Shown here in pieces: positions 51,169 through 60,910 of a stretch of DNA of 64,000 nucleotides; positions within the stretch are counted from its first letter, which is position 1; each line of letters opens with the position of its first letter. Position numbers and translations under genes: made by a program. This stretch comes from Syntrophobacter sp. SbD2 (GTDB lineage Bacteria; Desulfobacterota; Binatia; UBA9968). The DNA is taken from contig CAMDBU010000006.1 in the NCBI GenBank assembly GCA_945889495.1, positions 506 to 64,505 on the forward strand, in the 5' to 3' direction. The notes beneath the pieces are model-generated. The model saw nothing but the letters and a program-made list of their open reading frames with translations, did not search any database and was not told the DNA's origin.

Positions 51169-52536
51169 ATGGCAACACCTCCGCCGGTCACCGACCTACT
51201 CGCGCGCTTTGTCAGCGCCACTGACCTGTCGTCCATGTCGGCCAAGACCTTGGCCAATGCCAAGATGCATATCCTCGACGTCCTCGGCGTGGCGCTGGCC
51301 GGCGTGGCGACCGATGTCGCCGCCATCGCGCTGGATTATTGCAAAGAGTTAGGCGCGTCCAACGAAGCGTCGATCTGGGGAACTCAGGCCAAAGCTTCGG
51401 TGAGCAGCGCCGCCTTCGCCAACGGCCTACTCGCCCACGCGCTCGATTACGACGACTGGGACGCCTTCATCCATGTCGGCCATCCGACCAGCATGATCGT
51501 CGGCGCGGCACTGCCGCTGGCGGAACATATCGGCGCATCGGGCCGGGATTTTCTCACCGCCTACGTCCTCGGCATGGAAGTGATCTGTAAGCTCGCCGCC
51601 AACGCGCCCAATGTGCAAGAGCGCGGCTTTCACAGCACACCGGTGTTTGGCAGCCTCGGCGCCACGGTCGCCTGCGCGAAGTTGTTGAAACTGCCGGTAG
51701 AAAAAATCAAAGCCGCTCTCGGCGTCGCGTCCTCCGGCGCCGGCGGCATCCATCGCCAACAGGGTTCCATGGTCAAACCGTTTCACGCTGGCAACTCGGC
51801 GCGCAACGGCGCCGAAGCAGCATTGCTCGCGAGCCAAGGCTTCACCGCCGACGCCGCAATCTTCGAAGCGCCGCGCGGCTTCTGCGACACCTTCTTCGGC
51901 CCCGACACTTGCGATTATGAAAAAATGGTCGACAACATCGGCCAGCCCTACTTTCTCGACAGCCCCGGCATGGGACTCAAGTGGCACCCCTGCAGCGCGC
52001 CGCAGTTCTTGGCCGCCGACGCGGCGTTGCAGTTGAAGCGCGAGCACAAGATCGACATCGCCGACGTGATCAAAATGGAAGTCAGCATCCCGCCCAAACG
52101 CTACGCGCGCCATTATTCGGCCGAGGTCAAAACCGGCCTGCGCGGCAAGTTCGCCATCAACTTCGTCGTCGCCATGTGCTTCCTCGACGGCAAACTGGAG
52201 ATCGCGACATTCACCGACGAGAAGGTCAACCGCCCGGAAGTCCAAGACGCGTTCAATAAAGTCCAGGTCATCTGCGACGAATCGATCCCCGAGCCCGGCC
52301 CTTACTGCCCGGTGAGTGTCGAACTGAAAAACGGCACGCGCCACAGCTACACGGCGAAAATCGCCAAAGGCGATCCGCGCAATCCGATGACTGAAGAAGA
52401 AGTGACCGAGAAATTCCGCGGCAACGTCAGAGGCGTGATCTCGGAGGACCGCACCAAAAACCTCGTCACCGCCGTGCAGAATCTCGAAATCGTCGACAAC
52501 ATGCAGAAGATCGCGAGCTTACTGACACCCGCCTGA
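51169..52536 (+). CDS. MmgE/PrpD family protein (2-methylcitrate dehydratase-like)
   Basis: 455 aa; family-typical length and motifs. Confidence 0.8.
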   Translation: MATPPPVTDLLARFVSATDLSSMSAKTLANAKMHILDVLGVALAGVATDVAAIALDYCKELGASNEASIWGTQAKASVSSAAFANGLLAHALDYDDWDAFIHVGHPTSMIVGAALPLAEHIGASGRDFLTAYVLGMEVICKLAANAPNVQERGFHSTPVFGSLGATVACAKLLKLPVEKIKAALGVASSGAGGIHRQQGSMVKPFHAGNSARNGAEAALLASQGFTADAAIFEAPRGFCDTFFGPDTCDYEKMVDNIGQPYFLDSPGMGLKWHPCSAPQFLAADAALQLKREHKIDIADVIKMEVSIPPKRYARHYSAEVKTGLRGKFAINFVVAMCFLDGKLEIATFTDEKVNRPEVQDAFNKVQVICDESIPEPGPYCPVSVELKNGTRHSYTAKIAKGDPRNPMTEEEVTEKFRGNVRGVISEDRTKNLVTAVQNLEIVDNMQKIASLLTPA

Positions 52537-52624
52537 GCGGAATCCCGTAGGATGGGTAGAGCCCTTCGGCTATCGCTCAGGATAGACTCCGCGAAACCCA
52601 TCATCTTGAGGCTTCAAGCATTTC

Positions 52625-53299
52625 ATGGGCACAACCCTCCAACTCACCGCCCGCGACGGCCACCTCCTCGACGCCTACCTGGCGCGACCGGCGCAAACAC
52701 CGCGCGGCGCCGTCGTCATCGCCCAAGAAATGTACGGCGTCACCAGCTACCTGCTCGACACTTGCGACTTCTACGCTACTCAAGGCTATCTCACCATCGC
52801 GCCGGCGCTCTACGACCGCCGCCAACGCAATTTGGTCCTGGAGTACAACCAGCAAAACCACAACCTCGCCCAGGCGATTTATAAGAACTGGAACTTCGAT
52901 CATGCCCTCGACGATCTCGACGCCGGCAAGAACTGCGTCGCTGAAGCCGGAGCCGTCGCCATCCTCGGTTTCTGCTGGGGCGGCACACTCGCCTGGCTCG
53001 CCGCCTGCCGGCGCGATTACACCGCCGCGGTCGCCTACTACGGCTCGATGATGCCGGACTTCAGATCGGAAACCGCTCATTGCCCCGTGGTCGCGCACAT
53101 CGGCAGCGTCGATAACACCATGCCGCAAGAACGCATCGATCTATTTCACCAAGTGCAGCCAACCGTTCCCATCCACATGTATCCCGGTGCCCAGCATGGC
53201 TTCGACAATCCGAGCAGAGCCGACCGGTTCCACGCCGAAGCTTGCCAGCTGGCGCGGCAGCGAACGCTAGAGTTCCTCGCCCAGCATGCGGCGAAGTGA
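52625..53299 (+). CDS. dienelactone hydrolase family protein, second copy
   Basis: 224 aa; GFCWGG nucleophile elbow. Confidence 0.8.
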   Translation: MGTTLQLTARDGHLLDAYLARPAQTPRGAVVIAQEMYGVTSYLLDTCDFYATQGYLTIAPALYDRRQRNLVLEYNQQNHNLAQAIYKNWNFDHALDDLDAGKNCVAEAGAVAILGFCWGGTLAWLAACRRDYTAAVAYYGSMMPDFRSETAHCPVVAHIGSVDNTMPQERIDLFHQVQPTVPIHMYPGAQHGFDNPSRADRFHAEACQLARQRTLEFLAQHAAK

Positions 53300-53314
53300 A
53301 GTTAGCGCAAAGGC

Positions 53315-53364
53315 GCGCGGACATTCCTGTCCGCGTCTTCTAATCGCGGGTTGGAAAACCCGCG
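53315..53364. repeat. two-hairpin REP copy 2: CGCGGACA-TTCC-TGTCCGCG ... CGCGGGTT-GGAA-AACCCGCG
   Basis: same loops and cores as 7511..7551 but stems carry compensatory G/C swaps. Confidence 0.7.
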
Positions 53365-53479
53365 CTCCTGTCAAAAGGCTTCGCTCTGTCACATGGAAAC
53401 TTCAGCGCATCCCCACGGACTTGAGTTCACCGCCGCCGTCAATCAGGATGATCGGGTAATCCGCTGAAAGAAAACACTT

Positions 53480-53887
53480 ATGCCCGAAGAAACCGTCATC
53501 GACGACAGCCCGTCGCCCGCCCTGGTCAACGCCACCCACCTGGTCTATGCCCTGCACGCGCTCAGCCTGGTGATCGGCATCACCACCGCCGCGACCATCA
53601 TCGGCGCCTTCGTCTTCGGCCTGCCATCGATCGCCGCCGTGATCATTAACTATCTGAAACGCGGCGAAGCCCGCGGCACCTTTCTCGAATCGCATTTTCG
53701 CTGGCAGATCCGGACTTTTTGGTTTTGCTTCCTGGCAAATCTGGCCGGTTGGTTTTTCTTCGTCACATTCATCGGCATTCCGCTGGCGGTGATGATTTTC
53801 ATCGCCGCCGGTTTATGGGTCATCTACCGCGTCGTGCGCGGCTGGCTGGCGCTTCGGGATCGCTGGCCGATGTACTCCAACCGTTGA
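53480..53887 (+). CDS. small integral membrane protein (DUF4870-like)
   Basis: 135 aa, 3-4 predicted TM helices. Confidence 0.6.
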   Translation: MPEETVIDDSPSPALVNATHLVYALHALSLVIGITTAATIIGAFVFGLPSIAAVIINYLKRGEARGTFLESHFRWQIRTFWFCFLANLAGWFFFVTFIGIPLAVMIFIAAGLWVIYRVVRGWLALRDRWPMYSNR

Positions 53888-53926
53888 CTTTGGCTAGGTT
53901 GTGAATCGCTTCTATCATGGTTTAGT

Positions 53927-54060
53927 TTCGGAATATCTCTCGCAAAGGCGCAAAGGCCGCAAAGGTCGGAGAATCGGAATGAACATCTCGGATAATGGTT
54001 TCACCCTTTCTTTTCCGAACTTGGCGCCTTTGCGTCTTTGCGAGAGGAATATCCGATCCC
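53927..54060. repeat. repeat-rich structured intergenic region: CGCAAAGG x3 tandem (53941-53967) and ~40-bp imperfect inverted repeat (53928-53968 vs 54017-54060); TCGGAAT motifs
   Basis: seen directly. Confidence 0.6.
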
Positions 54061-54180
54061 GAGTCCGTTCGCTCGGCGCGAGCCGCGCAAAGTGTCGGTT
54101 ATCGTAGTACGAAGTTCGGAATAAAACTTCCTGAACCCTTCGTGCCCTTCGCGTCTTCGTGGTAAAAGATCAATTTCAGT

Positions 54181-54939
54181 ATGGCGCAAAAATTCTACGT
54201 AGTATGGGCCGGCAGACAGACTGGCGTGTTCACCGATTGGGCGACTACCCAACGTGCCGTCGACAAGTTCGCCGGCGCGCGCTTCAAATCTTTCCCGACC
54301 CGTGCGGATGCTGAGCAAGCATTCGCTCACGGCGGCGGCGCGAGCCGTTCTGCGCCAAGCGCGAACCGCCCCAAAGGCAGCAGTTCCGACAGCGCGCGGC
54401 GCGCCGCCCACGTCGCCCACCAGTTCGATGTCAGCATCTATTGCGACGGCGCCTGCGAGCCCAACCCCGGCCGCGCCGGCTCCGGTGTCGTCGTCTATCG
54501 CGGCGGTGAACTGGTAGAGCTGTGGTACGGCCTCTACAACCCCATGGGCACCAACAACACCGCCGAGCTGAACGCACTCTATCACGCCTTGCGCATTGCC
54601 GAAGCGGAGATCGACAAGGGTAACAGCGTCGAGATTTGCAGCGACTCGGCCTACTCGATCAACTGTATCCGCACTTGGGCGCCGGGCTGGGAAAAGAAAG
54701 GCTGGAAACGAGCCGACGGCGAAATTAAAAACTTGGAAATCATCCAGGCCTGCTACGGGATCTTCCTGCGGATCAAGAAAAAACTAACTCTCACCCATGT
54801 CTCCGCCCATGTCGGCACCGAAGGCAACGAACTCGCCGACCGCATGGCCATGCTCGGCGCCCAGCGTCGGGAAAAAGAACTGCGGCTTTATGAGGACGAG
54901 ATGGATATTCCGGCGTTGCTCAAGCTGCGGACAGGATAG
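54181..54939 (+). CDS. rnhA: ribonuclease HI with N-terminal RNA-DNA hybrid-binding domain (RNase H1-type)
   Basis: 252 aa; N-terminal KFYVVWAGRQTGVF.W hybrid-binding domain; catalytic DGAC...E...D...HVGTEGNELADRMA. Confidence 0.85.
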   Translation: MAQKFYVVWAGRQTGVFTDWATTQRAVDKFAGARFKSFPTRADAEQAFAHGGGASRSAPSANRPKGSSSDSARRAAHVAHQFDVSIYCDGACEPNPGRAGSGVVVYRGGELVELWYGLYNPMGTNNTAELNALYHALRIAEAEIDKGNSVEICSDSAYSINCIRTWAPGWEKKGWKRADGEIKNLEIIQACYGIFLRIKKKLTLTHVSAHVGTEGNELADRMAMLGAQRREKELRLYEDEMDIPALLKLRTG

Positions 54940-54972
54940 CTTGATCGCTCTGGCTTAAAACGATAGATCGGT

Positions 54973-55758
54973 TTGACACTGAACAGGAGAATCCCCGTGA
55001 AGCAAAAATATTTCGATTGCCATTTTCATATCATCGACAAAAACTTTCCGGTGGTGCCCAATCAAGGCTTCATGCCTGACGCCTTTGTCAGCGAAGATTA
55101 TTTGGCGCGGCTAAAAGACATCGACCTATGCGGCGGCGCGGTGGTGTCGGGATCGTTCCAGGAGCTAGATCAGACTTACTTGTATCACGCGCTCAAAGTC
55201 TTGGGCCCGACTTTTGTCGGCGTCACCCAGGTGCCGGCGACCATTTCGGATGGCGAGTTGCAGGATCTCAACGCTGCCGGCGTGCGCGCCGTGCGCTTCA
55301 ACGTCAAGCGCGGCGGCTCGGAAGATATCAAACATCTGGAAAACTTCGCCCGCCGGGTGCATAAGTTGGTCGGCTGGCACACCGAACTGTATATCGACTC
55401 CACCGACGCTACTCCATTGTTCGACACGCTGGTGTCGCTGCCGGCGGTCAGCATCGACCACATCGGCCTTTCCAAAGCCGGCTTTCCGACGCTGCTCAAA
55501 CTTGTGGATAAGGGTGTGAAAGTAAAAGCCACCGGCTTCGGCCGCGTCGACTTCGACGTCGCCTTGGCGCTAAAAGAGCTGTACGCAGCCAATCCGAAAG
55601 CGCTCATGTTCGGCACCGACCTGCCCTCCACCCGCGCGCCCAGAGCGTATCTCGATAGCGATTACACGTTGGTGTTGGAGGCGTTGGGAGAAGAAAAGGC
55701 GGCGAACGTTTTTTATAAGAACGCCGTCGAGTTTTATCGGCCGAAAAAGGTTGGGTAG
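54973..55758 (+). CDS. amidohydrolase-2 family hydrolase
   Basis: 261 aa; N-terminal DCHFHI motif. Confidence 0.7.
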   Translation: MTLNRRIPVKQKYFDCHFHIIDKNFPVVPNQGFMPDAFVSEDYLARLKDIDLCGGAVVSGSFQELDQTYLYHALKVLGPTFVGVTQVPATISDGELQDLNAAGVRAVRFNVKRGGSEDIKHLENFARRVHKLVGWHTELYIDSTDATPLFDTLVSLPAVSIDHIGLSKAGFPTLLKLVDKGVKVKATGFGRVDFDVALALKELYAANPKALMFGTDLPSTRAPRAYLDSDYTLVLEALGEEKAANVFYKNAVEFYRPKKVG

Positions 55759-55845
55759 AAAGCGCCGGGTATATCAAAACTACGAATCGGGTAAACAATA
55801 TAATAACCCGCGCCTGAAATTTGCGGGGCAGTACACGTCACCCAG

Positions 55846-56085
55846 TCACGCAACATTCTGCATTTTGGTGGCGAAGTCGCGCCCCGAGGTTGGTAACGGC
55901 AGGGCTTTGCCGTCATTGCGATAGAGTTCGATCGCTTCCTCGACCACCTGACAAAGTTCGCGGAAAACAACTTGCTCATCATCGCCATGACAACCGCCCA
56001 AGACCAACCCAGGCGCACTGCCGACATAACATTGGTCCTCCTCGGACCATTCGACTATTTTGGCGTACTTCGCGCTATCTTTCAT
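55846..56085 (-). CDS. hicB: HicB-family antitoxin
   Basis: 79 aa; IEWSEEDQCYVGSAPGLVLGGCHGDDEQ. Confidence 0.75.
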   Translation of the reverse strand: MKDSAKYAKIVEWSEEDQCYVGSAPGLVLGGCHGDDEQVVFRELCQVVEEAIELYRNDGKALPLPTSGRDFATKMQNVA

Positions 56086-56291
56086 TTTTTCGCCTCCTCG
56101 ACGGCGAGCTCGACGGCCCGAACCTGATATCGTTTCGCGTCGTCACCCGGTTTCCCGGCAATCGTGATCGGCCGCGCTACTTTCGGATGGACATAGTTGC
56201 GGTGACTTCCCTTGCCACCCCGGTCGACGAAACCGGCCTTCTCAAGATCCGCTATAAGTTCTCTTATCTTAGGCGGCATGCCATTCCCCAA
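56082..56291 (-). CDS. hicA: HicA-family toxin (mRNA interferase)
   Basis: 69 aa; MPPKIRELIADLEKAGF..RGGKGSHRNYVHP; 4-bp overlap with hicB. Confidence 0.8.
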   Translation of the reverse strand: MGNGMPPKIRELIADLEKAGFVDRGGKGSHRNYVHPKVARPITIAGKPGDDAKRYQVRAVELAVEEAKK

Positions 56292-56557
56292 CGGCCAAAT
56301 CCCAAGCTGCGCTTAGTTTATGCTGCCGAGCCCTTCTGTCAACAGTCGGTTTTACCATGGTAAAGCTCTACCGCTCGGCAAACGGCACACGATGACACGC
56401 AGGTCCGAGATTGCAGGTGCTCTTTCTGCGCATCCTTGACACCCCGCTGCATCACGGACTACAAGTCGATTTCCGAGCAATCGTTAGTTCTGGGGGACCG
56501 ATCTTGATCCCGATTCACAATACCTTAACCACCATGCAGCGAACAGCAGGAAGCGGC

Positions 56558-57556
56558 ATGAAACGCTTCGTCGCGCTGCGAATAGTAATATTGCTGATGT
56601 ATTTGTTTTTTCCTCGGCACGTTGCGCAGGCGGCGGACAAGGTGATCATCGGCTTCTCGTCGTTGAGCGCGGTGCATGGCGCCACCTGGGTGGCCGAAGA
56701 GAAGGGCTTGTTCAAAAAGCACGGTCTTGAGCCGCAGATCGTCATCATGCCCGGCACCGCCGTCGGCATCAGCGCGTTGATGGCCGGCGATGTCGATTTC
56801 CTCAACGCCGGCGGCAACATCATCATCGGCGCCAATCTCAAAGGCGCCGACTTGGTCATGCTCGGCGCCTATATCAACAAAGGCGTGCAGAGCGTCATGG
56901 CGCGCAGCGAGATCAAAACTCCCGGCGACCTCAAAGGCAAAACTGTCGGCGTCACGCGTCTATTCGACGGCGGCCACCGGCTCTTGGAGCGCGCGTTTGG
57001 CATCTGGAAAATCAATCCCGCCGATGTCCGCCTGTTGTCCTTGGGTTCGTCGCCGGCGATGTTGGCGCGGCTGGAGAAAGGCGGCATCGACGCCGCGGTG
57101 CTGACGATCCCGTCGGTCTTCGTCGCCGAGGACAAAGGCTTTCGCGCGCTAGCGAACTTTTCCGACATGGGGCTTTATTCGCTAAGTGGCATGCTGTCCA
57201 CCCGCCGCGCGTTTCTGCGGTCGAACCGCGACCTGGCGACCCGCTTCATGAAAGGCTTCGTCGAAGGAGTCGCCTACTTCAACCGCAACAAGAAGGAAAG
57301 TATCGCGGTGCTGCGCAAGAAACTACGGACCGGCCCGGAGGGCGACAAATATCTCGAACGCGCCTACGATCTCTTGGCCAACAAGCAGTACGAGAGAGTA
57401 CCGACGCCATCGCCAATCGGACTGAAAACCGTCATGGAGTTCATCGCCCTCGACGATCCCAAAGCCAAGAACGTCGATCCCTCTTCTTATATCGACGGCT
57501 CAATCCTCAAGGAGTTGGACGACAGCGGCTTTATCAGGAGTCTTTACGAACGGTAA
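56558..57556 (+). CDS. NMT1/THI5-like substrate-binding protein (third copy in window)
   Basis: likely ATG 56558 (signal peptide MKRFVALRIVILLMYLFF); ORF track starts 49 codons earlier. Confidence 0.7.
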   Translation: MKRFVALRIVILLMYLFFPRHVAQAADKVIIGFSSLSAVHGATWVAEEKGLFKKHGLEPQIVIMPGTAVGISALMAGDVDFLNAGGNIIIGANLKGADLVMLGAYINKGVQSVMARSEIKTPGDLKGKTVGVTRLFDGGHRLLERAFGIWKINPADVRLLSLGSSPAMLARLEKGGIDAAVLTIPSVFVAEDKGFRALANFSDMGLYSLSGMLSTRRAFLRSNRDLATRFMKGFVEGVAYFNRNKKESIAVLRKKLRTGPEGDKYLERAYDLLANKQYERVPTPSPIGLKTVMEFIALDDPKAKNVDPSSYIDGSILKELDDSGFIRSLYER

Positions 57557-57705
57557 AGACAAGAATTCGGAACTCTTCGAGAGCCTCAGCATAAACGGTC
57601 TTCACTGAGGTACTGAAACTCTTATCCCGTTTGTCCTGAGCCAGTCGAAGGACTCCGAGAATTTATTCAAAGCCTTGCTACTGCGACCGCCAAGGAGAGG
57701 ACGAA

Positions 57706-58785
57706 ATGACAAACACAGTGAATGGAGAGAAAAAAGTCAACGATATTCTGATCTCCTCGGACTCCCATGTCATCGAGCCGGCTGAGCTGTTGAAGCAGCG
57801 CGTCGCGCCGGCGTTTCGCGAGCACGCACCGCTGTTCAAGCATCAAGCGCTGGGCGGCGGGTTCCAGGGCCACCCCGGCGGCGCCGATCCCAACTGCCGC
57901 ATCACCGAGATGGAGACCGACGGTCTCTCCGCCGAAGTACTTTATCCGACCTACATCCTCGACCTGTTCGCCATGGACGACGGCCCGCTGCAAGCCGCCT
58001 GCTTTCGCGCCTACAACGACTGGCTGATGGAGTATTGCCAGGTGGCGCCGCGCCGTTTGTACGGCATCGCGGCGATTTCCGTCTACGACATCGACGAGGC
58101 GGTGCAGGAATTGGCGCGCTGCAAAAAGGCTGGCATGAAAGGTTCGATCATCTGGCAGGTGCCTCATCCCAAGCTGCCGTTTCACTCCGATCACTACGAT
58201 AAATTCTGGGCTGCCTCCCAGGATCTCGACATGCCGGTGAGCCTGCACATCCTCACCGGCTACGGTTATCATTTGAGCGAAGCGCACCTGACCACGGTGG
58301 AACGTTACCGCGGCAGCATCATCACCAAGTACCAGGAAATCGCCGGCGCGTTATTTGAATTAATGTTCTACGGCGCCTTCGAGCGCTATCCGGGATTGAA
58401 GTTGGTCACGGTGGAAAACGAAGTCGGCTGGATACCTTTCACCTTGCAGCAGTGGGATTACTATTACGGCCGCCACCACAAAGTGACGACGTCACCGCTC
58501 AAGGACCAAGTACCCAGCGAAGTCTTCACCCGCCACGTCTTCCCGACGTTTTTCCGCGACCAAGTCGGCGGCCACAACTTCGAATGGTGGGGCAACGACA
58601 ACTGCATGTGGTCCACGGACTACCCCCACGGCAACTCGACCTGGCCAAACTCCCGCGAAATCATGGAGCGCAACCTAGCGCGCCTGACGCCGGAGCAGAA
58701 ATACAAACTGGTGTGCGGCAACGTGGCTAAGCTTTACGGCATCGAGGTTCCGGAGAGCGGTCAGAAAAAAGCAGCAGCTAGTTGA
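57706..58785 (+). CDS. amidohydrolase-2 family hydrolase (ACMSD-like)
   Basis: 359 aa; SSDSHVIEP N-terminal metal-binding motif. Confidence 0.75.
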   Translation: MTNTVNGEKKVNDILISSDSHVIEPAELLKQRVAPAFREHAPLFKHQALGGGFQGHPGGADPNCRITEMETDGLSAEVLYPTYILDLFAMDDGPLQAACFRAYNDWLMEYCQVAPRRLYGIAAISVYDIDEAVQELARCKKAGMKGSIIWQVPHPKLPFHSDHYDKFWAASQDLDMPVSLHILTGYGYHLSEAHLTTVERYRGSIITKYQEIAGALFELMFYGAFERYPGLKLVTVENEVGWIPFTLQQWDYYYGRHHKVTTSPLKDQVPSEVFTRHVFPTFFRDQVGGHNFEWWGNDNCMWSTDYPHGNSTWPNSREIMERNLARLTPEQKYKLVCGNVAKLYGIEVPESGQKKAAAS

Positions 58786-58960
58786 CGCAAGCAGCAACCT
58801 CTCCCGCCACAACATTCATGGGCTTAGCTGGTTTTGCCGATTGGCGGAGGGAAAGTGTAATCGAACCTTTGAAATTTGATCCGACTCGCTCGATTAGCTG
58901 TAGATAGGTCATACTCAGGCACGACCACCAATCTGAGTTACAACTGCTCGTCTCTACAAA

Positions 58961-59524
58961 TCAGTAATTATCCTTCATGTACTGGTAAGCAATGGTGGCG
59001 ATATAGTCGAACAGATTCCGGTCGCTTTTGCCAATTGACAACGCTCCGACCACAGAATCTGCATTACGCATAATGCGCGGCTTCGCAACTTGCTCGGTGG
59101 TGGTTGGGTCGGTCATGACAAGGTCCACATCGATACTCGAATCTCCCGCTAAGGCGCCAATGAAAAACCTCGCGCCGCCACTGACGACCTTCAGTGCCGC
59201 GAGATGCGGTTCGATGACAAGTTTGCCCGCACGTTCGCTAGATACGGCGGATTTCCACTCATCGAGCAGAGGTAGAAGCTTAGCTCGTAGTATAATTTCT
59301 AATTCTCCCGCTACCCGTACTTTACCGGGCTCACTTTGAACAGCCGGACTCAGTTTCATCGGCTTCAGTTCGTAATCAGCAAAACTAGAAAACCGCTTTG
59401 CCGGCGGCGCCATTCTCGCCGACTCGGCCTTGCCGACCGATTCGAGGGCACGGGGATTCGCAGCGCAGCTCGAAAGGGCGATGCATAATAGAAAAATTAA
59501 GTTCTTCATGTTGTTCACCGTCAT
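58961..59524 (-). CDS. lipoprotein of unknown function
   Basis: 187 aa; signal peptide with lipobox LSSC. Confidence 0.6.
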   Translation of the reverse strand: MTVNNMKNLIFLLCIALSSCAANPRALESVGKAESARMAPPAKRFSSFADYELKPMKLSPAVQSEPGKVRVAGELEIILRAKLLPLLDEWKSAVSSERAGKLVIEPHLAALKVVSGGARFFIGALAGDSSIDVDLVMTDPTTTEQVAKPRIMRNADSVVGALSIGKSDRNLFDYIATIAYQYMKDNY

Positions 59525-59614
59525 ACACCCAGCCGTGCCAAAGTGATCACTCTGGCGAGGGAGCAGATTTTATTGCCTTCCTGATTTACTTTTCTTGAAA
59601 AGTCTTGATTGAAC

Positions 59615-60820
59615 TCAACGCCACAGTTTCCTACTCGCCAACTCCGCCCCTTCACACAACACCCTCAACTTCGCCCAGGCGATCTGCGGATGCACGCGGC
59701 CGCCGAGGCCGCAGTCGGTGCCGGCGATGACGTTTTCACGGCCGACGATTTCAGCGAACGCGATAATGCGGTCGGCCACCAGTTCCGGGTGTTCGACGAT
59801 GTCGCTGGCGTGGCTTACAACTCCAGGAATAATGATTTTCCCGGCAGGCAGTTTTACGTCGCGCCAGACTTTGTATTCATGTTCGTGGCGGACGTTGCCG
59901 GCTTCGACCAAATAAGCCTGGGCGTTCACCCGGAGCATGATGTCGACGATGTCGCGCAACGGAAAGTCCGTGGTGTGCGGGCCATGCCAACTGCCCCAGC
60001 AGATGTGATAGCGCACGCGGTCCATTGGAATGCCCTGGAGCGCGTGATTTAAAATCTCGACGCGCAGCGCCGCGTAGCGGCGGTACTCCTCGACGCTCGG
60101 TTGCGGATCGAGCATGTCCCAAGCGCCGGGTAGGCCGGGATCGTCCAACTGCAAGATGAAGCCGGCGTCGACGATGGCGCGGTATTCCTCGCGTAGCGCC
60201 GCGGCGATCGCTTCCAAGAACGCTTCGTCGGTCGGATAGTAAACGTTTTGATCGCGGCAAAACATCTCCAAACTGCCGGGGGCGATGGCGCTGACGAACG
60301 CTTCGTCGGCGCCGGCGGTATTGGCGGCCAATTTCAAGTTCACCAGCTGATCGTTCAAATAGCTTCGCGCCGTGTAGGCGATGGTACCGGTGCAGGTCGG
60401 GCGCAGGGCGGCGGTGCTCGGCGCGCCGAGACCGGTGTCGGCGTAGAATTCGCCGAACTCGCGCTGCTCCCAGCGCAGGCCGACGATGCGCGTGGGCGAT
60501 CCAGGCTTGGCGATGTCGGGAGCGATGGTCTGTTCGGTGGTGGCGGTGAAACCGGAGACTCGGTCGAAAATATAGTTACCCCAAGCGCCGCGGTCCACCG
60601 CCGCGCGCATGGGCTTGCCGAACTCGCCGTCGTTGAGAATATCGACGCCGATAATTTTCTGCGTCGCGACCACTTCGCCGACGGCGGCGCGCAGCCGCGC
60701 TTGCAGCGCCGCTTCATCATCGGCGCCGCCGCTTGGCTTCGCCCACATGGCGCGCAGGTCGGCGGGCCGGGGCAGGCTGCCGACATGGGTGGTGAGTATC
60801 CGATCAGTGCTTCGTTTCAT
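59615..60820 (-). CDS. cobalamin-independent methionine synthase (MetE) C-terminal-domain-like protein
   Basis: 401 aa; Zn-ligand-like motifs YHICWGSWHG and AGTDCGLG. Confidence 0.6.
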   Translation of the reverse strand: MKRSTDRILTTHVGSLPRPADLRAMWAKPSGGADDEAALQARLRAAVGEVVATQKIIGVDILNDGEFGKPMRAAVDRGAWGNYIFDRVSGFTATTEQTIAPDIAKPGSPTRIVGLRWEQREFGEFYADTGLGAPSTAALRPTCTGTIAYTARSYLNDQLVNLKLAANTAGADEAFVSAIAPGSLEMFCRDQNVYYPTDEAFLEAIAAALREEYRAIVDAGFILQLDDPGLPGAWDMLDPQPSVEEYRRYAALRVEILNHALQGIPMDRVRYHICWGSWHGPHTTDFPLRDIVDIMLRVNAQAYLVEAGNVRHEHEYKVWRDVKLPAGKIIIPGVVSHASDIVEHPELVADRIIAFAEIVGRENVIAGTDCGLGGRVHPQIAWAKLRVLCEGAELASRKLWR

Positions 60821-60910
60821 GGTTTTTTTTCTCCGGTGCAGTTGCTTCTCTCGGGCAGAATTTCACGAGTCGGCCAAGTTGTGCAACTGGCAGATTCCTC
60901 GCCCGCTGGT

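Noticed and set aside
51033-51326. 98-codon N-terminal extension of CoA-transferase ORF 49857..51326
   Set aside because: The paralog starts at the equivalent MAGCLDGIKVLELG, and a good RBS precedes ATG 51032.
56411-56557. 49-codon N-terminal extension of SBP ORF
   Set aside because: Internal ATG 56558 gives a typical signal peptide and an RBS, so the extension is not needed.
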